Shown here: one piece after another, positions 10,628-21,508 of the stretch | How the letters are laid out: each line of letters begins with the position of its first letter | Numbering within the stretch: position 1 is the stretch's first letter | NCBI GenBank assembly: GCA_035297365.1 | Contig: DATGZA010000011.1 | Span: forward strand, 32,001-96,000 | Source of the DNA: Nitrososphaeraceae archaeon | GTDB taxonomy: Archaea; Thermoproteota; Nitrososphaeria; Nitrososphaerales; Nitrososphaeraceae | Direction: 5' to 3' | DNA: 64,000 bases | Position numbers and translations under genes: made by a program | Notes under the pieces: model-generated | What the model was told of the DNA's origin: nothing | The model's database searches: none | Seen by the model: only the letters and a program-made list of their open reading frames with translations

Positions 10628-10685
10628 GAGCCTTGATACTATACGGGCTAGGAGGATAGTCAACTGATTTTGACACAATTTTGTA
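10628..10685 (+). repeat. Dispersed bipartite element, copy S2
   Basis: gagccttgatactatacgggctaggaggatagtcaactgattttgacacaattttgta. Confidence 0.92.
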
Positions 10686-11181
10686 GAGCAAAAATTCAAT
10701 GACCAAACCGGAAGAATTCTGATTTTAATAGAGAACTAATTGTTAGCAATATTTTAAAACAGATATAGATTAATGTAATTGTTTAAATTGTGGTTTTCCT
10801 AACATAAGCCGATTTTTTATTTTAGTATTTTTATCACGATATATTTGTGACTTGCGTTTTCAATTTGTTAAAATATTCTTTTTAAAATGTCTTTTATTCC
10901 TATTATATAAAAGATCTCAATCCAATAATTATATGCATCTACAATTGTCATATTTAATACTTGAGTCGATTGATACATTGATTTTTGCTATTTGAAATAT
11001 GATTCTATTTCTAGTTTTTATCAACGTAATCGCCTTCATTCACATCTCTTTTCTTACTCTCTTGTATATTTGTATGAAAATTTTTAAATTAATCAACGTA
11101 TTGTTTTTTCTTTCTGTTTTGTTTGTTTAAATTATATCCTATCTATCTTTCTGTAGTATCATGGATGTGAATATGCTAGGC

Positions 11182-12618
11182 TCATTTTGAATCGTTATTG
11201 TCAAATCTTTTCTTCCGCCAGTGATCATCTATAGCGTCTCTTTCTTCTATTGCTAACTTTACATAATCTCTAAGATTGTTTTCTGTAACTTCATACGAAA
11301 AATCGCCAACCTGTTTTTGTATTTCCTTCTGTTGTTTTTGTATAATCTTTGTTACCTTCCTCTCTATCTCTTGTTCCATCTGTGCAGTTCCGATGTTACC
11401 AACCAGATCATTCATAGATCCTTTGATTGATTTTCTTAAAGAGATGTCATGTGATATTGATATTGCAGAGAGGTATAATCCAAAACTAAACAAGTACGAA
11501 GATAGCATTACAAGTGAATGAGCAGCAACTCCGTATGTCGGTTGTATTGCCGACGTAGAAAGTGAAATACCAACCATAGTATCACCTATTGCTGCGATGA
11601 TTAGATAATCTTTTAATTTTGATGAGACCAAACTCTTTACAATCATAAAAAAGGCTAGACCAAATAGAACATTTCCTGCTATAGTACCTATTCTAAATAA
11701 AAGTCTAAAAAAATAACGATACTGTTCGTCTACTCCTGATAAACCTTCACCTGAAAAGAAGCCTGGCGCCTTTCCAATCAAGTAAAATATCAATGGAAGT
11801 GACAAAATTATCCAAAGTAATAGCGGGAGTTTACCTACTCTCTGATAAAGGGTACGTAATAGTGAGGTAGATGCAATCCATCTAAATCCAAATGCTATTG
11901 GAAGAACCGTGGAATTGAGAAGATTATAAAATATTAGACTTGAATTTGGCATTATATAAAGAAAAGTAGTATCTGAATTCACTATTTTGTATATTATTTC
12001 GCCATCATATTTCTCAGAGGCTTCATATAAGAAAGATGATTCTGTCGTTACTCCTGGTGGCGACTTTTCTTGTACTACCTGTATTAATAATAATTTAGTC
12101 CCGGCATCTTCTAATATCGATGAACCAAGTGTCAATGCTGCAATTCCATAAAATAAAATAACGAGATTTTTATAACTAGTTAATTTATACCATGAAATTA
12201 ATTTGAAGGATATGATGGCTAATATTATGGTTGATGCTATTGAACTAACTGCGAAAATTGAAGGAGATAGAAATCTATTACCAGTATTACTAATAAGCAT
12301 AAGCAGGAGTACCAGAAATAAGGAAAATTGAATTATAACCATACTCCAATGCATTAGATTAATAAAACGGGATTTGGTTCGGATATCCTTACTTATTTGT
12401 GTAGTGTATCCTAGAAGGATCCAAGATCCTATACCATATCCAATAACCACAGTCAAAATAAACATTAGGATTTCCATATCCTTGGTATAAGGCAAAATCT
12501 GCCTGGTCATCAATAAGTCAATAATCAAAATAAAAAATATAGCAACTCCTGTTATGACAGGTATTTTCCTGTTACGCATAATAGGTATTTGGAGAAAAAA
12601 GTATCTACCAAGACTCAT
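11182..12618 (-). CDS. Polytopic membrane protein, paralog 1 of a three-member family
   Basis: About 10 TM helices and cytoplasmic tail IGTAQMEQEIERKV; similar to 49374 and 59370. Confidence 0.85.
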   Translation of the reverse strand: MSLGRYFFLQIPIMRNRKIPVITGVAIFFILIIDLLMTRQILPYTKDMEILMFILTVVIGYGIGSWILLGYTTQISKDIRTKSRFINLMHWSMVIIQFSLFLVLLLMLISNTGNRFLSPSIFAVSSIASTIILAIISFKLISWYKLTSYKNLVILFYGIAALTLGSSILEDAGTKLLLIQVVQEKSPPGVTTESSFLYEASEKYDGEIIYKIVNSDTTFLYIMPNSSLIFYNLLNSTVLPIAFGFRWIASTSLLRTLYQRVGKLPLLLWIILSLPLIFYLIGKAPGFFSGEGLSGVDEQYRYFFRLLFRIGTIAGNVLFGLAFFMIVKSLVSSKLKDYLIIAAIGDTMVGISLSTSAIQPTYGVAAHSLVMLSSYLFSFGLYLSAISISHDISLRKSIKGSMNDLVGNIGTAQMEQEIERKVTKIIQKQQKEIQKQVGDFSYEVTENNLRDYVKLAIEERDAIDDHWRKKRFDNNDSK

Positions 12619-13193
12619 GATTTAGATGCCCCCTAGAATTATTTAAATTAATTAAACTTTGATAATAAGAAATCATATTATCAATTAATAAAAATAATAA
12701 AATTAAATTTTTGTAGAAGGAAGATGCTTTTATATATACTATAAAATAAGTTTAAAAAGTATCGCATTTTCGCAATTTTTGTATTGCTTCAATTAATTGA
12801 GGAAGCATATTGATCCTTTATAACATACAAAATTTGTTTGTATTATAATATTAAAAAAATTAGTTAAAAAATAAGATATTAATTAATAAGTTTTCAATTA
12901 TTGAATTTCTATTCTGTTAATATCAGAATTATAACTGTAAAATCTTTTCCTGCTATTATCTGCTTTTTTTATTAATTATGACAAAAAGACAGATTATCAC
13001 TCAATCTACCGACATAAATTCATATCGGCTTGATATTCCAGTTCAACTTTCATCGATCGTTTCACTTCTTTTCTTACAGTCGTGTTTGAATATTCTTTCA
13101 TAAATTATAGCTATCTTTTCATTTAATTTGGTATTTAATATTTTTTTTAATTTTATTGATTGCGTATATACAATTTTATAGATTGCATATATA

Positions 13194-14147
13194 CTAATAT
13201 CCTTTAATATGTAACCCTGAGTCGTATACAATATTCTTCATCTGAAAAATTTGATAACCATTTTCAAATAAATATTTCATTTCCTTTTCAAATAAATCAG
13301 GTTTGATACTATAATCATCTTCACTATAATCAATCATATGATAAACGAGGATTGGAATTGCCCTTATTACGTATTCGCTATTGTATCTTGTTTGACTATC
13401 TACTATTTCTTTAAATTTTTCATACATTTCCTCATCAGAATATCCACCAGATTTTTTATAGGCTTCATGACTCAATCCAGTTATTGTATACCTTTTGAAA
13501 TCTAATTGTGTTGTATTTTCATTATTTTTATGTGAAGCATGTTGACATTGATTTTCGTGTTTATCATCATATACAAAACCTTCATCGTCATCTTTACATG
13601 AAAAAAACATAAGTGGCTCAGTTGCGGTCCGAGCAAGATAGTAATTGTCAGCAATAATTTTTATTATATTTTTGTTTGTATCGCCATCATTATATGGGAA
13701 GGAGAAACTGGTTACATTAAATCCTTTTTCATGTAGACATCTTTTGGATTCAATAATTTCATATTTTATATCATTATCTGATAATTTCCCAAGTCGTTTA
13801 TGGTTCATTGAATGAGAACCAATTTCATGGCCTTCTTGGGCAAGCGACTGGATATCATCCCAATTCATTCTATCGTCTTTACCTACAAAATTACAAATGA
13901 TATAGAAGGTAGCCTTAAAATTGTAAATATCTAAAATTGGTTTTGCGTAAGTGAACTGACTTAACATTCCATCATCAAATGTTAAAATTGCTGCTTTTAT
14001 TGGTTCAGCCAAGGAATAAGAAATCAGAACAGGAGAAGAAGATAATAATATTATCATTAAAAAAAGGAATACTGTTAAACAATACATAGTAAGAATTTCA
14101 AAAATGTGCAAGATATTTAGGTATTGCTTTAAATTGATTTTGTACAA
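13194..14147 (-). CDS. Secreted polysaccharide deacetylase (CE4/NodB)
   Basis: LTFDDG, KATFYI, EIGSHSMNH, FSFPY motifs; true start probably the internal Met (MYCLTV). Confidence 0.88.
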   Translation of the reverse strand: MYKINLKQYLNILHIFEILTMYCLTVFLFLMIILLSSSPVLISYSLAEPIKAAILTFDDGMLSQFTYAKPILDIYNFKATFYIICNFVGKDDRMNWDDIQSLAQEGHEIGSHSMNHKRLGKLSDNDIKYEIIESKRCLHEKGFNVTSFSFPYNDGDTNKNIIKIIADNYYLARTATEPLMFFSCKDDDEGFVYDDKHENQCQHASHKNNENTTQLDFKRYTITGLSHEAYKKSGGYSDEEMYEKFKEIVDSQTRYNSEYVIRAIPILVYHMIDYSEDDYSIKPDLFEKEMKYLFENGYQIFQMKNIVYDSGLHIKGY

Positions 14148-14254
14148 TTACATGATTAAATGTTATGCTATTACTTTATGTAGATAAATTCATTTTCATA
14201 TTTGTTTTATCTTTGTAATTACTGATATATTTATTCTTATGTATTCAAACTCAT

Positions 14255-14285
14255 GATAGTCAACTGTTTTTGACACAATTTTCTA
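14255..14285 (+). repeat. Dispersed element, copy S3 (core only)
   Basis: gatagtcaactgtttttgacacaattttcta; upstream dyad missing. Confidence 0.88.
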
Positions 14286-14383
14286 ATCCATAACAACTAA
14301 ATGTAATAAGATCATATCTATGATACTTTTATTGTAATCTAATAGAAAAAATTTTATGTGAATGTTAAAATGTTTTTTTATAA

Positions 14384-14695
14384 ATGTCTCAGTCTCAAAT
14401 TTTTGATATAGATACATTTTTATCAAATTTTCCTAAATCTAGATATTTTATTGAGGTAATGAATACACCAACCATGGAAGTTGGGATAATAAACTTGAAG
14501 AAAAGTCAAAATGACACTCAAGAACCTCACGCTTCAGATGAAATTTATTACGTTATAAGTGGGAGCGGAACAATAGATATAGATGGAATCGAAAATGAAG
14601 TTAATCCTGGAAAAATAATTTATATTCCGAAAAAAATCCCTCACTCATTTCATGCCATTACTAAAGAATTAATTGTTTTATACGTACTAGCATGA
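14384..14695 (+). CDS. Cupin-domain protein
   Basis: PHASDEIYYVISGSG...PGKIIYIPKKIPHSF. Confidence 0.9.
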   Translation: MSQSQIFDIDTFLSNFPKSRYFIEVMNTPTMEVGIINLKKSQNDTQEPHASDEIYYVISGSGTIDIDGIENEVNPGKIIYIPKKIPHSFHAITKELIVLYVLA

Positions 14696-15079
14696 ATACA
14701 TAATTAGGTCTCAATAAATAATTAGATTAATAGGTGTCTAATTCTGCTACTAATGATATAGGTTGTACATAATCATTTGACACCGTTTAATGCAAAAAGT
14801 TAAATATGACTTCAAACCTGCAAAAAACTTTTGTGATTATTTCCGGTATCCCAATCAGATAAATAACAAATCCTTGATATTTACTAGTTTGAAAGAGCGT
14901 AAAGAAGAACCTTGGGAAATACTGCTTGGTTTAAACTCTTTATCTTTTTTAATTTTTTTATCCTAATTGTTGAAATCGGAATTAGATTTTTATATACTTC
15001 CTTTTTATTCTTCTATTTGTCAGTATTATAATCAAATTTACCAACTTTATTTATAAGTAGCAATACTTTTTATTTTATA

Positions 15080-15370
15080 ATGAAATGTATTATTTGCAAA
15101 CGTAATAGAGTAGAGATACCTGATAAATCCTCTAATTATTGTTGGCAACATCAACAAATTTACATTAGTATAAAAAATCTATATGTTAGTGTGTTCAAAG
15201 CATATGGTTCTATTTCTTGGCAAAATTTTTTACTTAAAGTTCTAGATAAAAAAATTGACAAACCTTGGAAAAATTCTTTAATTGACTACTATGGAAAATT
15301 ATCTCCAGGAATTTTAAACGTCGTTAATTCGGAATTGCAGTTGTCACAAAATGGCAAAAAATTAAAATGA
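15080..15370 (+). CDS. Small hypothetical protein with CxxC...CxxH putative Zn site
   Basis: MKCIIC...YCWQH. Confidence 0.65.
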   Translation: MKCIICKRNRVEIPDKSSNYCWQHQQIYISIKNLYVSVFKAYGSISWQNFLLKVLDKKIDKPWKNSLIDYYGKLSPGILNVVNSELQLSQNGKKLK

Positions 15371-15827
15371 TATTTTCAAAATTAATGTTATAATTAATAA
15401 ATCAACTATAAGTAATAATTAACTTTTGGTAATTGATAAATATTTCATTCTATTTTTTAAAATGACAATACTAATCAAGGTATTACAAAAGTATTCAGGA
15501 AAAATTTCAACTGAAGATAATTAATTGTTACCGTCAGATAGAAAGAGATAATTAACCGATTCGGTTATCACGTATGTAATACTTTTTATATGCTTGACTA
15601 TTTTGTTATTATTACAACTACTTAATCTTCTTTAGAAAGAAACATTTCATATGAAGTGTAACAATCGATATCTTGATGCTCTCTTGTTCCTTGTATATTT
15701 TTGCAATGATGTCAGAGCTCTATTATTTAATATATAAACAAATTATTTTTGAATGCACTACAGTCTGATTTGGATTTATCATGGTCATCATATATTTTAG
15801 TAAAAAAACCAAGTAGTTGAAATAAAT

Positions 15828-16685
15828 ATGGTTTTTATATTATATATTTTGTATATAAAAATGGATCAAATAGAAAAATTATGTGTTCCTCCATTAAAAG
15901 AAGGAAAAAGAGATGACGAAATAAGCTTATCTAAATGGAATCCAGATGATACTTTCGGTAAGGAAAAAGAGGAAATAGAAAAAGAGTTAGATGAGATCCT
16001 CCCAGAATTGTCTGAGCTTCAATACAAATTATATGCTGAGAGGGAAAAGTCATTATTAATTATTCTGCAGGGAACAGATGCATCAGGAAAAGATGGAGTA
16101 ATACGTAATGTAATTCGAGTTTTTAATCCTGCAGGATGCAAGGTAGAATCATTTAAAGTTCCAACATCAGAGGAATTATCTCATGATTTTCTTTGGCGTA
16201 TCCATAAGGTAATTCCTTCAAAAGGTTATATTGGAATATTTAATCGATCTCACTATGAAGATGTTATAGAAGTACGTGTAAATAATCTAGTATCAGAAAC
16301 AATTTGGTCACAAAGATATAGACAAATTAATGATTTTGAAAGACATCTATCAGAAAATAATATAAGGATAGTAAAATTTTTTTTATATATAAGCAAGAAA
16401 GAGCAAATAGATAGACTACGTGATCGAGTTTTAGATCCTTCAGAAAATTGGAAGGTTTCTGCAGATGATTATGGGAGAACAAAAAAATGGGATCTGTATA
16501 TGAAAGCTTATGAAGATGCCTTGAAATTATGTAGTACTGAGTGGACACCTTGGTATGTAGTTCCAGCTAATAAAAAGTGGTTTAGAAATTGGGTTGTAGC
16601 TAAAGTTATCAGGAAAAATTTGCTAAAACTCGATCCTAATTTTCCCAATAAAAAGGTCGACAAAAGTTTGTTGGATAATATCTGA
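15828..16685 (+). CDS. ppk2: Polyphosphate kinase 2 family protein (polyphosphate:nucleotide phosphotransferase)
   Basis: QGTDASGKDG P-loop, FKVPTSEE..HDFLWR, FNRSHYEDV, PWYVVPANKKWFRN; start likely MDQIEK at 15861. Confidence 0.92.
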   Translation: MVFILYILYIKMDQIEKLCVPPLKEGKRDDEISLSKWNPDDTFGKEKEEIEKELDEILPELSELQYKLYAEREKSLLIILQGTDASGKDGVIRNVIRVFNPAGCKVESFKVPTSEELSHDFLWRIHKVIPSKGYIGIFNRSHYEDVIEVRVNNLVSETIWSQRYRQINDFERHLSENNIRIVKFFLYISKKEQIDRLRDRVLDPSENWKVSADDYGRTKKWDLYMKAYEDALKLCSTEWTPWYVVPANKKWFRNWVVAKVIRKNLLKLDPNFPNKKVDKSLLDNI

Positions 16686-16882
16686 GATTTTTTGATCCAA
16701 TTTGATGCTATTTGAATAAATAAAAGATCTACTGCATGGTGTGCCTTGGATAAATTTTTTTATAAATTTAAAATAAAAATGTAAGATATTATAAATTCCA
16801 TATTAGTTTTTACCATGAAGCATATTCAATCATCTGGATTTTTACATGATCACTAATTACGTAATAGATCTTGATTATAAAA

Positions 16883-17600
16883 AGCTGTGTTAAGTTAAGC
16901 AATAAAGTTATAGCTAAGAATATCATATCCATTATATGAAATAAAATTTGATAGAAATAGAACATGTGCCTGTATTGTAATATATTCTTTGTATCTGTAT
17001 TTTCTTGGTCTCCGTTTAAGAAATACGTCTAAAGTATTAATGCTCTTTAAAGGTAAGAAAAGGAGTTATGTGCCTGTATAGAATTGGGTTCAAAGATTTG
17101 GTTTCTGCAGGATCTATAAAAGAAAAATAATAATAGCATTCATGATGGATAAAGCCATTATTTAAATTGGCAACCAACATTTCCTGCAATGGGTCTATAT
17201 TGAACCAATTCACAGTTCTTTGCTTGGAATCTATATCTCAGAGGAGAGAAACATGATAGTTGATGAAAAATTCATTAGATCCTTGGTTGACAAATACGGA
17301 AAACATGTTGTGTTTACAGATGGAGGTACATGGGAGGATGAAGCATGTAACATAATTCGCTTAAAACAGTATCTGCAGTCACCATTTCGGAAAATTTTGA
17401 TGGAAAGAGTTAACCAATATTTTAAGGATAGAATCGAATCTTTTGATGACTATTATCGTATATACAAGAGGAATGTAATCTGTTACATTGACATAACTGG
17501 ATACATTTCTTTGTCGCTATGTATAATGATATAATATTTGAAAATTATTTTATAATTGAGATGCAAGAGAAAGGTGAATTTATCTTAAGTTAATAGAGCC
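16883..17600 (+). mobile_element. Degenerate IS6-family element
   Basis: Imperfect 17-bp terminal IRs (agctgtgttaagttaag / cttaagttaatagagcc); interrupted DDE transposase including IYISEERNM...KYGKHVVFTDGGTW...MERVNQYFKDRIESFDDYY (17220-17534). Confidence 0.8.
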
Positions 17601-17744
17601 AAGTTAAACTTATTATTGATGATAAGCGTATTTTTAATGTAATAATAAACACTATGGCATAATCAGGTTTTATCGGATCATTGCCAAGTTATAAAAATTT
17701 GATTAAGTATAAAAAGAAAAAAGAAGAAATTATTTATTTTTTAT

Positions 17745-18302
17745 TTATCCGTTATACGAACCTTCTATCTTTCTTATGTAATTGAAAGTAATTCGCATTG
17801 TATCGTTGTAATATCTTTGTGTGAGTTCTAATGATTTCTTAACATTCTCAACACTACTCACAAAAATTTCATTTATAAAATTTGTTGTATTTACTGTACT
17901 ATCTTGTATGTTTTTGTTTAAGGTATTATATGTTTCAGAGTATCTTTCTGGAATCTTGAAATTTTGCCAGTATGACTTGTTTATATTGTTCAAGAATTGA
18001 GAATATGATGATTGATATGTATTAAAGATATTTTTTTGTAGTTCTATAATGTTGTAAGAAGCTTCTTGTGTAGTTCTGCTGATTTGTTCTTGATAATTCC
18101 TGAAAGTATCTACATTCTTTTCAAAAATTCTTCTGTTATCATCTTGAAATTTATTTACGCTTTCATTAATCTTTTCTGTAGTTTGAGACATATTGGATGC
18201 TGTATCCTTATATTGTTGTCTCTGCTGTTCAAGATATCTTTCTGTGGTTTCCTTAAATTGGTTTATATTTTCTTTTACATCATCTTTTTTAGTTGAAGAC
18301 AT
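17745..18302 (-). CDS. Hypothetical helical, Gln/Asn-rich protein
   Basis: 185-aa amphipathic ORF; degraded paralog at 42503-42788. Confidence 0.8.
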   Translation of the reverse strand: MSSTKKDDVKENINQFKETTERYLEQQRQQYKDTASNMSQTTEKINESVNKFQDDNRRIFEKNVDTFRNYQEQISRTTQEASYNIIELQKNIFNTYQSSYSQFLNNINKSYWQNFKIPERYSETYNTLNKNIQDSTVNTTNFINEIFVSSVENVKKSLELTQRYYNDTMRITFNYIRKIEGSYNG

Positions 18303-18727
18303 ACACTAAATATTGTTTTGAGTGATATTAAGATTAATACTATTGACTATGTATTTTTCATTTATATTATATGTACAATTGTCTAAAACGTTGTAAAACA
18401 TAGGGCAAGATGATTATGAAAGTAATAGTTATCATTAAAGTCAAAGGAAAATCGATATTAATATTTTAGAATTTTATATCGTCTCTACAAATGATCAATA
18501 CAATTTAATAGTAAATAAAATGATTCCACGAGTTGAGCGTGGTAAGTGGAATTTAACATAAAAACTTTTATTTTTAAACTGATATACTACTTATATAATT
18601 ATTTTAGATACAACTTAGTTTTGAATAAAATACAATAAATATAATATTCTTTTTGAAGGAAGATTGGAAAAATCAACTGAATTTTTATAATTTCTATGTA
18701 ATATTCTAAAAATCAACAATTGTAACA

Positions 18728-18786
18728 AAGCCTCGATACCGTACGGACTGGAGAGAATAGTCAACTGATTTTGAAACAATTTTGTA
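18728..18786 (+). repeat. Dispersed bipartite element, copy S4
   Basis: aagcctcgataccgtacggactggagagaatagtcaactgattttgaaacaattttgta. Confidence 0.88.
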
Positions 18787-19182
18787 TTTCATGGAAAGTC
18801 GAGAATAATCTAAAGAACAGTCATTATCACATCTCATAAATGTCAACTGGGTATTTAATATTATACACTTTAGTATTACTGAAATATCAGGTTTGACAAA
18901 AAAACGCTAAGATAATGTCATTTAAAAAAATTTTTCAGAAGAGTAGAAAAAGTCGAGAAATTTTAGTTTCTGCTTTTACTGCTGTATCTGTTGGAATTAT
19001 TATCTCTCAACGTGTTTATAATCCTACTAAATCAACAGAAATTATGGCCATGTTAAGTTAAGGAAAATAGATGGATAGAAAGGAAAAAATCTTGTAAAAG
19101 TGAGGACTGTACAGCACAGAACATATAGAATTATGTAATATGACTATTACTTTACCCTTAAGTTTACAGGGCCAAAAATAAT

Positions 19183-20415
19183 CTATATCGACCTCTGATT
19201 TTCCCTAACAGTATATGTTCTGTCCTTCCAATTAACAGCGTGTTTATAACCTGAATTAATTATAGATGTAAAAAATGCAATAAATACAAAAGTACATGCT
19301 AATGGAAAGGCTATCGAATAGTAGATATTTTGAACCATTAAATATTTTAAATGCAAAATACTTGTAATTATCAACAATAAAATTGATGTTATGGCTAAAG
19401 ATAGCAAAACTACATTTAGGTTGGTCATATAATCTGTTATATGTTCTTGCTGTAAGACAGTGGTCATAATTGAAAATGGCAATACAATTAGAGGTAGTAA
19501 GAGCAAAAGAAATGTTGCAATTACCATCAAACACGCCTTTATTTTTTCTCTTTTGTATATGGAAATCATTAATCTTATAAGTCCATGCCAAAGAGTAGAA
19601 GGGTCTCTTGCCCATAAAGCCTCTATGTGATCTTTGCCATTAACTACTTTAAGTTTAAAGCCTTTCTCTTTTACTTTTCTTCCTAGTGCACCATCTTCTA
19701 CAATTTCTTCCCTTACTGCTTTATGAGTACCTATTGCCTCATAGGTTTTTCTTGTTATTATAAAAAAACTCCCAAAGAGGTATCCTATCTTGCTATTGGG
19801 ATTATTTGCTTTTAGCGCAGAGTATCTAGCCAAAGAAAGAGTCCAAAGTATAGGTAGAGTAATCTTTGTCCAAAAATCAGTTGCCAATATTTTGGGCATT
19901 GCAGTAAGAACATCAAGTTCTTCAGATAAAAAATGATTCACAGCTAAAGAGATAGAGGTTAAAGAATGTATAGTATCCGCATCAGTAAAAACAATGAGAT
20001 CGCCTGTTGATTTAAGATATCCCTGATGGCAAGCCCAATTCTTTCCTGTCCAGTAATCTGGCTTTGGTTCTGCATTAAGATACACAACTCTAGAATTTGT
20101 TGTGCTATAATTCTTAATTATTTCAGCTGTTCTATCAGATGAAGAATCGTTAATTACAACTATTTCATAATCGGAATAGTCTTGCTCAATTAAAGTTTCT
20201 AGACATTTCTCTATGTATTTTTCCTCATTTCTTGCAGGAACAATTATGCTCACCTTGGGAAGAACGATGTTTTTTTTAGATGATGTGAAAGAATGTAGTT
20301 TTGGTACCGCTATTAGAGATTTTATAGTATAAACAAGAAAATATACCCATGAAAAGAAAACACTAGAAATAATAGCTACTAACGTTATTAATACAGCAAA
20401 ATTATATTCTACCAA
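19183..20415 (-). CDS. Glycosyltransferase family 2, membrane-bound
   Basis: VSIIVPARNEE, DSSSDRT, WTGKNWAC, FTDADT, EIVEDGALG. Confidence 0.92.
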   Translation of the reverse strand: MVEYNFAVLITLVAIISSVFFSWVYFLVYTIKSLIAVPKLHSFTSSKKNIVLPKVSIIVPARNEEKYIEKCLETLIEQDYSDYEIVVINDSSSDRTAEIIKNYSTTNSRVVYLNAEPKPDYWTGKNWACHQGYLKSTGDLIVFTDADTIHSLTSISLAVNHFLSEELDVLTAMPKILATDFWTKITLPILWTLSLARYSALKANNPNSKIGYLFGSFFIITRKTYEAIGTHKAVREEIVEDGALGRKVKEKGFKLKVVNGKDHIEALWARDPSTLWHGLIRLMISIYKREKIKACLMVIATFLLLLLPLIVLPFSIMTTVLQQEHITDYMTNLNVVLLSLAITSILLLIITSILHLKYLMVQNIYYSIAFPLACTFVFIAFFTSIINSGYKHAVNWKDRTYTVRENQRSI

Positions 20416-20773
20416 TTAATATAAAGAAACCTTTCTTATTACATATAAATAATATTTATATTATTTTATGCGTCAATATCTATAAATACATCAAAATTTA
20501 TGAGAATGCCTTGACACGTAATTGGGATCTGTCTTTTACAAATGCAAATTTTTATATTGTTAAAGTTTTAGATAATTAAAAATTATTTTTTATATGCTTT
20601 ACGATAGATATGGGAAAGTAAAAATAAATCTTATTGTTATTTTCAGAGAACTATTCATCCATGTTGTTCTTTTGATATCTAGCAGTTAAATATAATATTA
20701 TAACGATAATATAAAAATAATCATAGAGTATTTACTACCATGGATGTTTTGCTCAATTCACTGACTTGGATAA

Positions 20774-21500
20774 TTAACAATATATTAATAAATTTGAAAA
20801 AAGAAAGATAGTATTATAGATGAATTGATCTATTGGATAAGGATGATAAGTTGTCTTAAAAAAACTGCCTAGTCTAGTTAAAATATTCTCATTAAATAAG
20901 TTAAGCTCTTTATTATATGCGCATTTATTTAATTCATTTACATCGTTGTTACAACTTTGAATAAGTAGTAAAATTCTTTTATTCTGGAAAATATCATAAG
21001 GAAGAAAAGTGATTTGACTTTCTTTTCCATTGAATTTTTCTAAAATACTTCCTGATTTACCCTCCAATGCAAACTCAACAGATGTAAGATTTGAAAACTC
21101 CCCTTTTTTCTCATGGGGTTTTTTTTGAGGTTGAGGTCTAATTTTCATTAGAGTCTCCAATCTTTACTCCATTTTTGTCAATTATTACCAATCTGGTATT
21201 ATTTTGCAAATTAAAATTGGTCATAATTGTTAAAATTAATAGTTCCATACACCATTCCTATCAAATCATTTTCTTTTATTACTAGAACTAGCAATTACTG
21301 CCAGATTTCTTCCTGTCGCTTTAGAAATAATTGCATCGCTCAAGTTTTTTTAGTCTGTTCTACTGCTTGATAATAATCTCTAAATGAAAAATTGCTTGTA
21401 GTTAGATTTAATTGACGTTCAAATGGTTCATCAAAATACGCCTCTCCGTTATTTTTATTAAGTGAATTGTTAGATCATCATTTAATAGAATAAATCAAAT
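20774..21500 (-). pseudogene. Cache (extracellular sensor) domain protein remnant
   Basis: Fragments in different frames: GEAYFDEPFERQLNLTTSNFSFRDYYQAVEQT / LSDAIISKATGRNLAVIAS / KENDLIGMVYGT, continuing into ORF 20774-21160 (EFALEGKSGS). Confidence 0.6.
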
Positions 21501-21508
21501 GCATTAAA

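Noticed and set aside
10515-10706. Short ORFs overlapping repeat copies (10515-10706, 28357-28557, 28495-28713)
   Set aside because: They read through the non-coding element; frames are not preserved among copies
18671-18700. Possible extra degenerate core (aatcaactgaatttttataatttctatgta)
   Set aside because: Too many mismatches for AT-rich DNA; not counted as a copy
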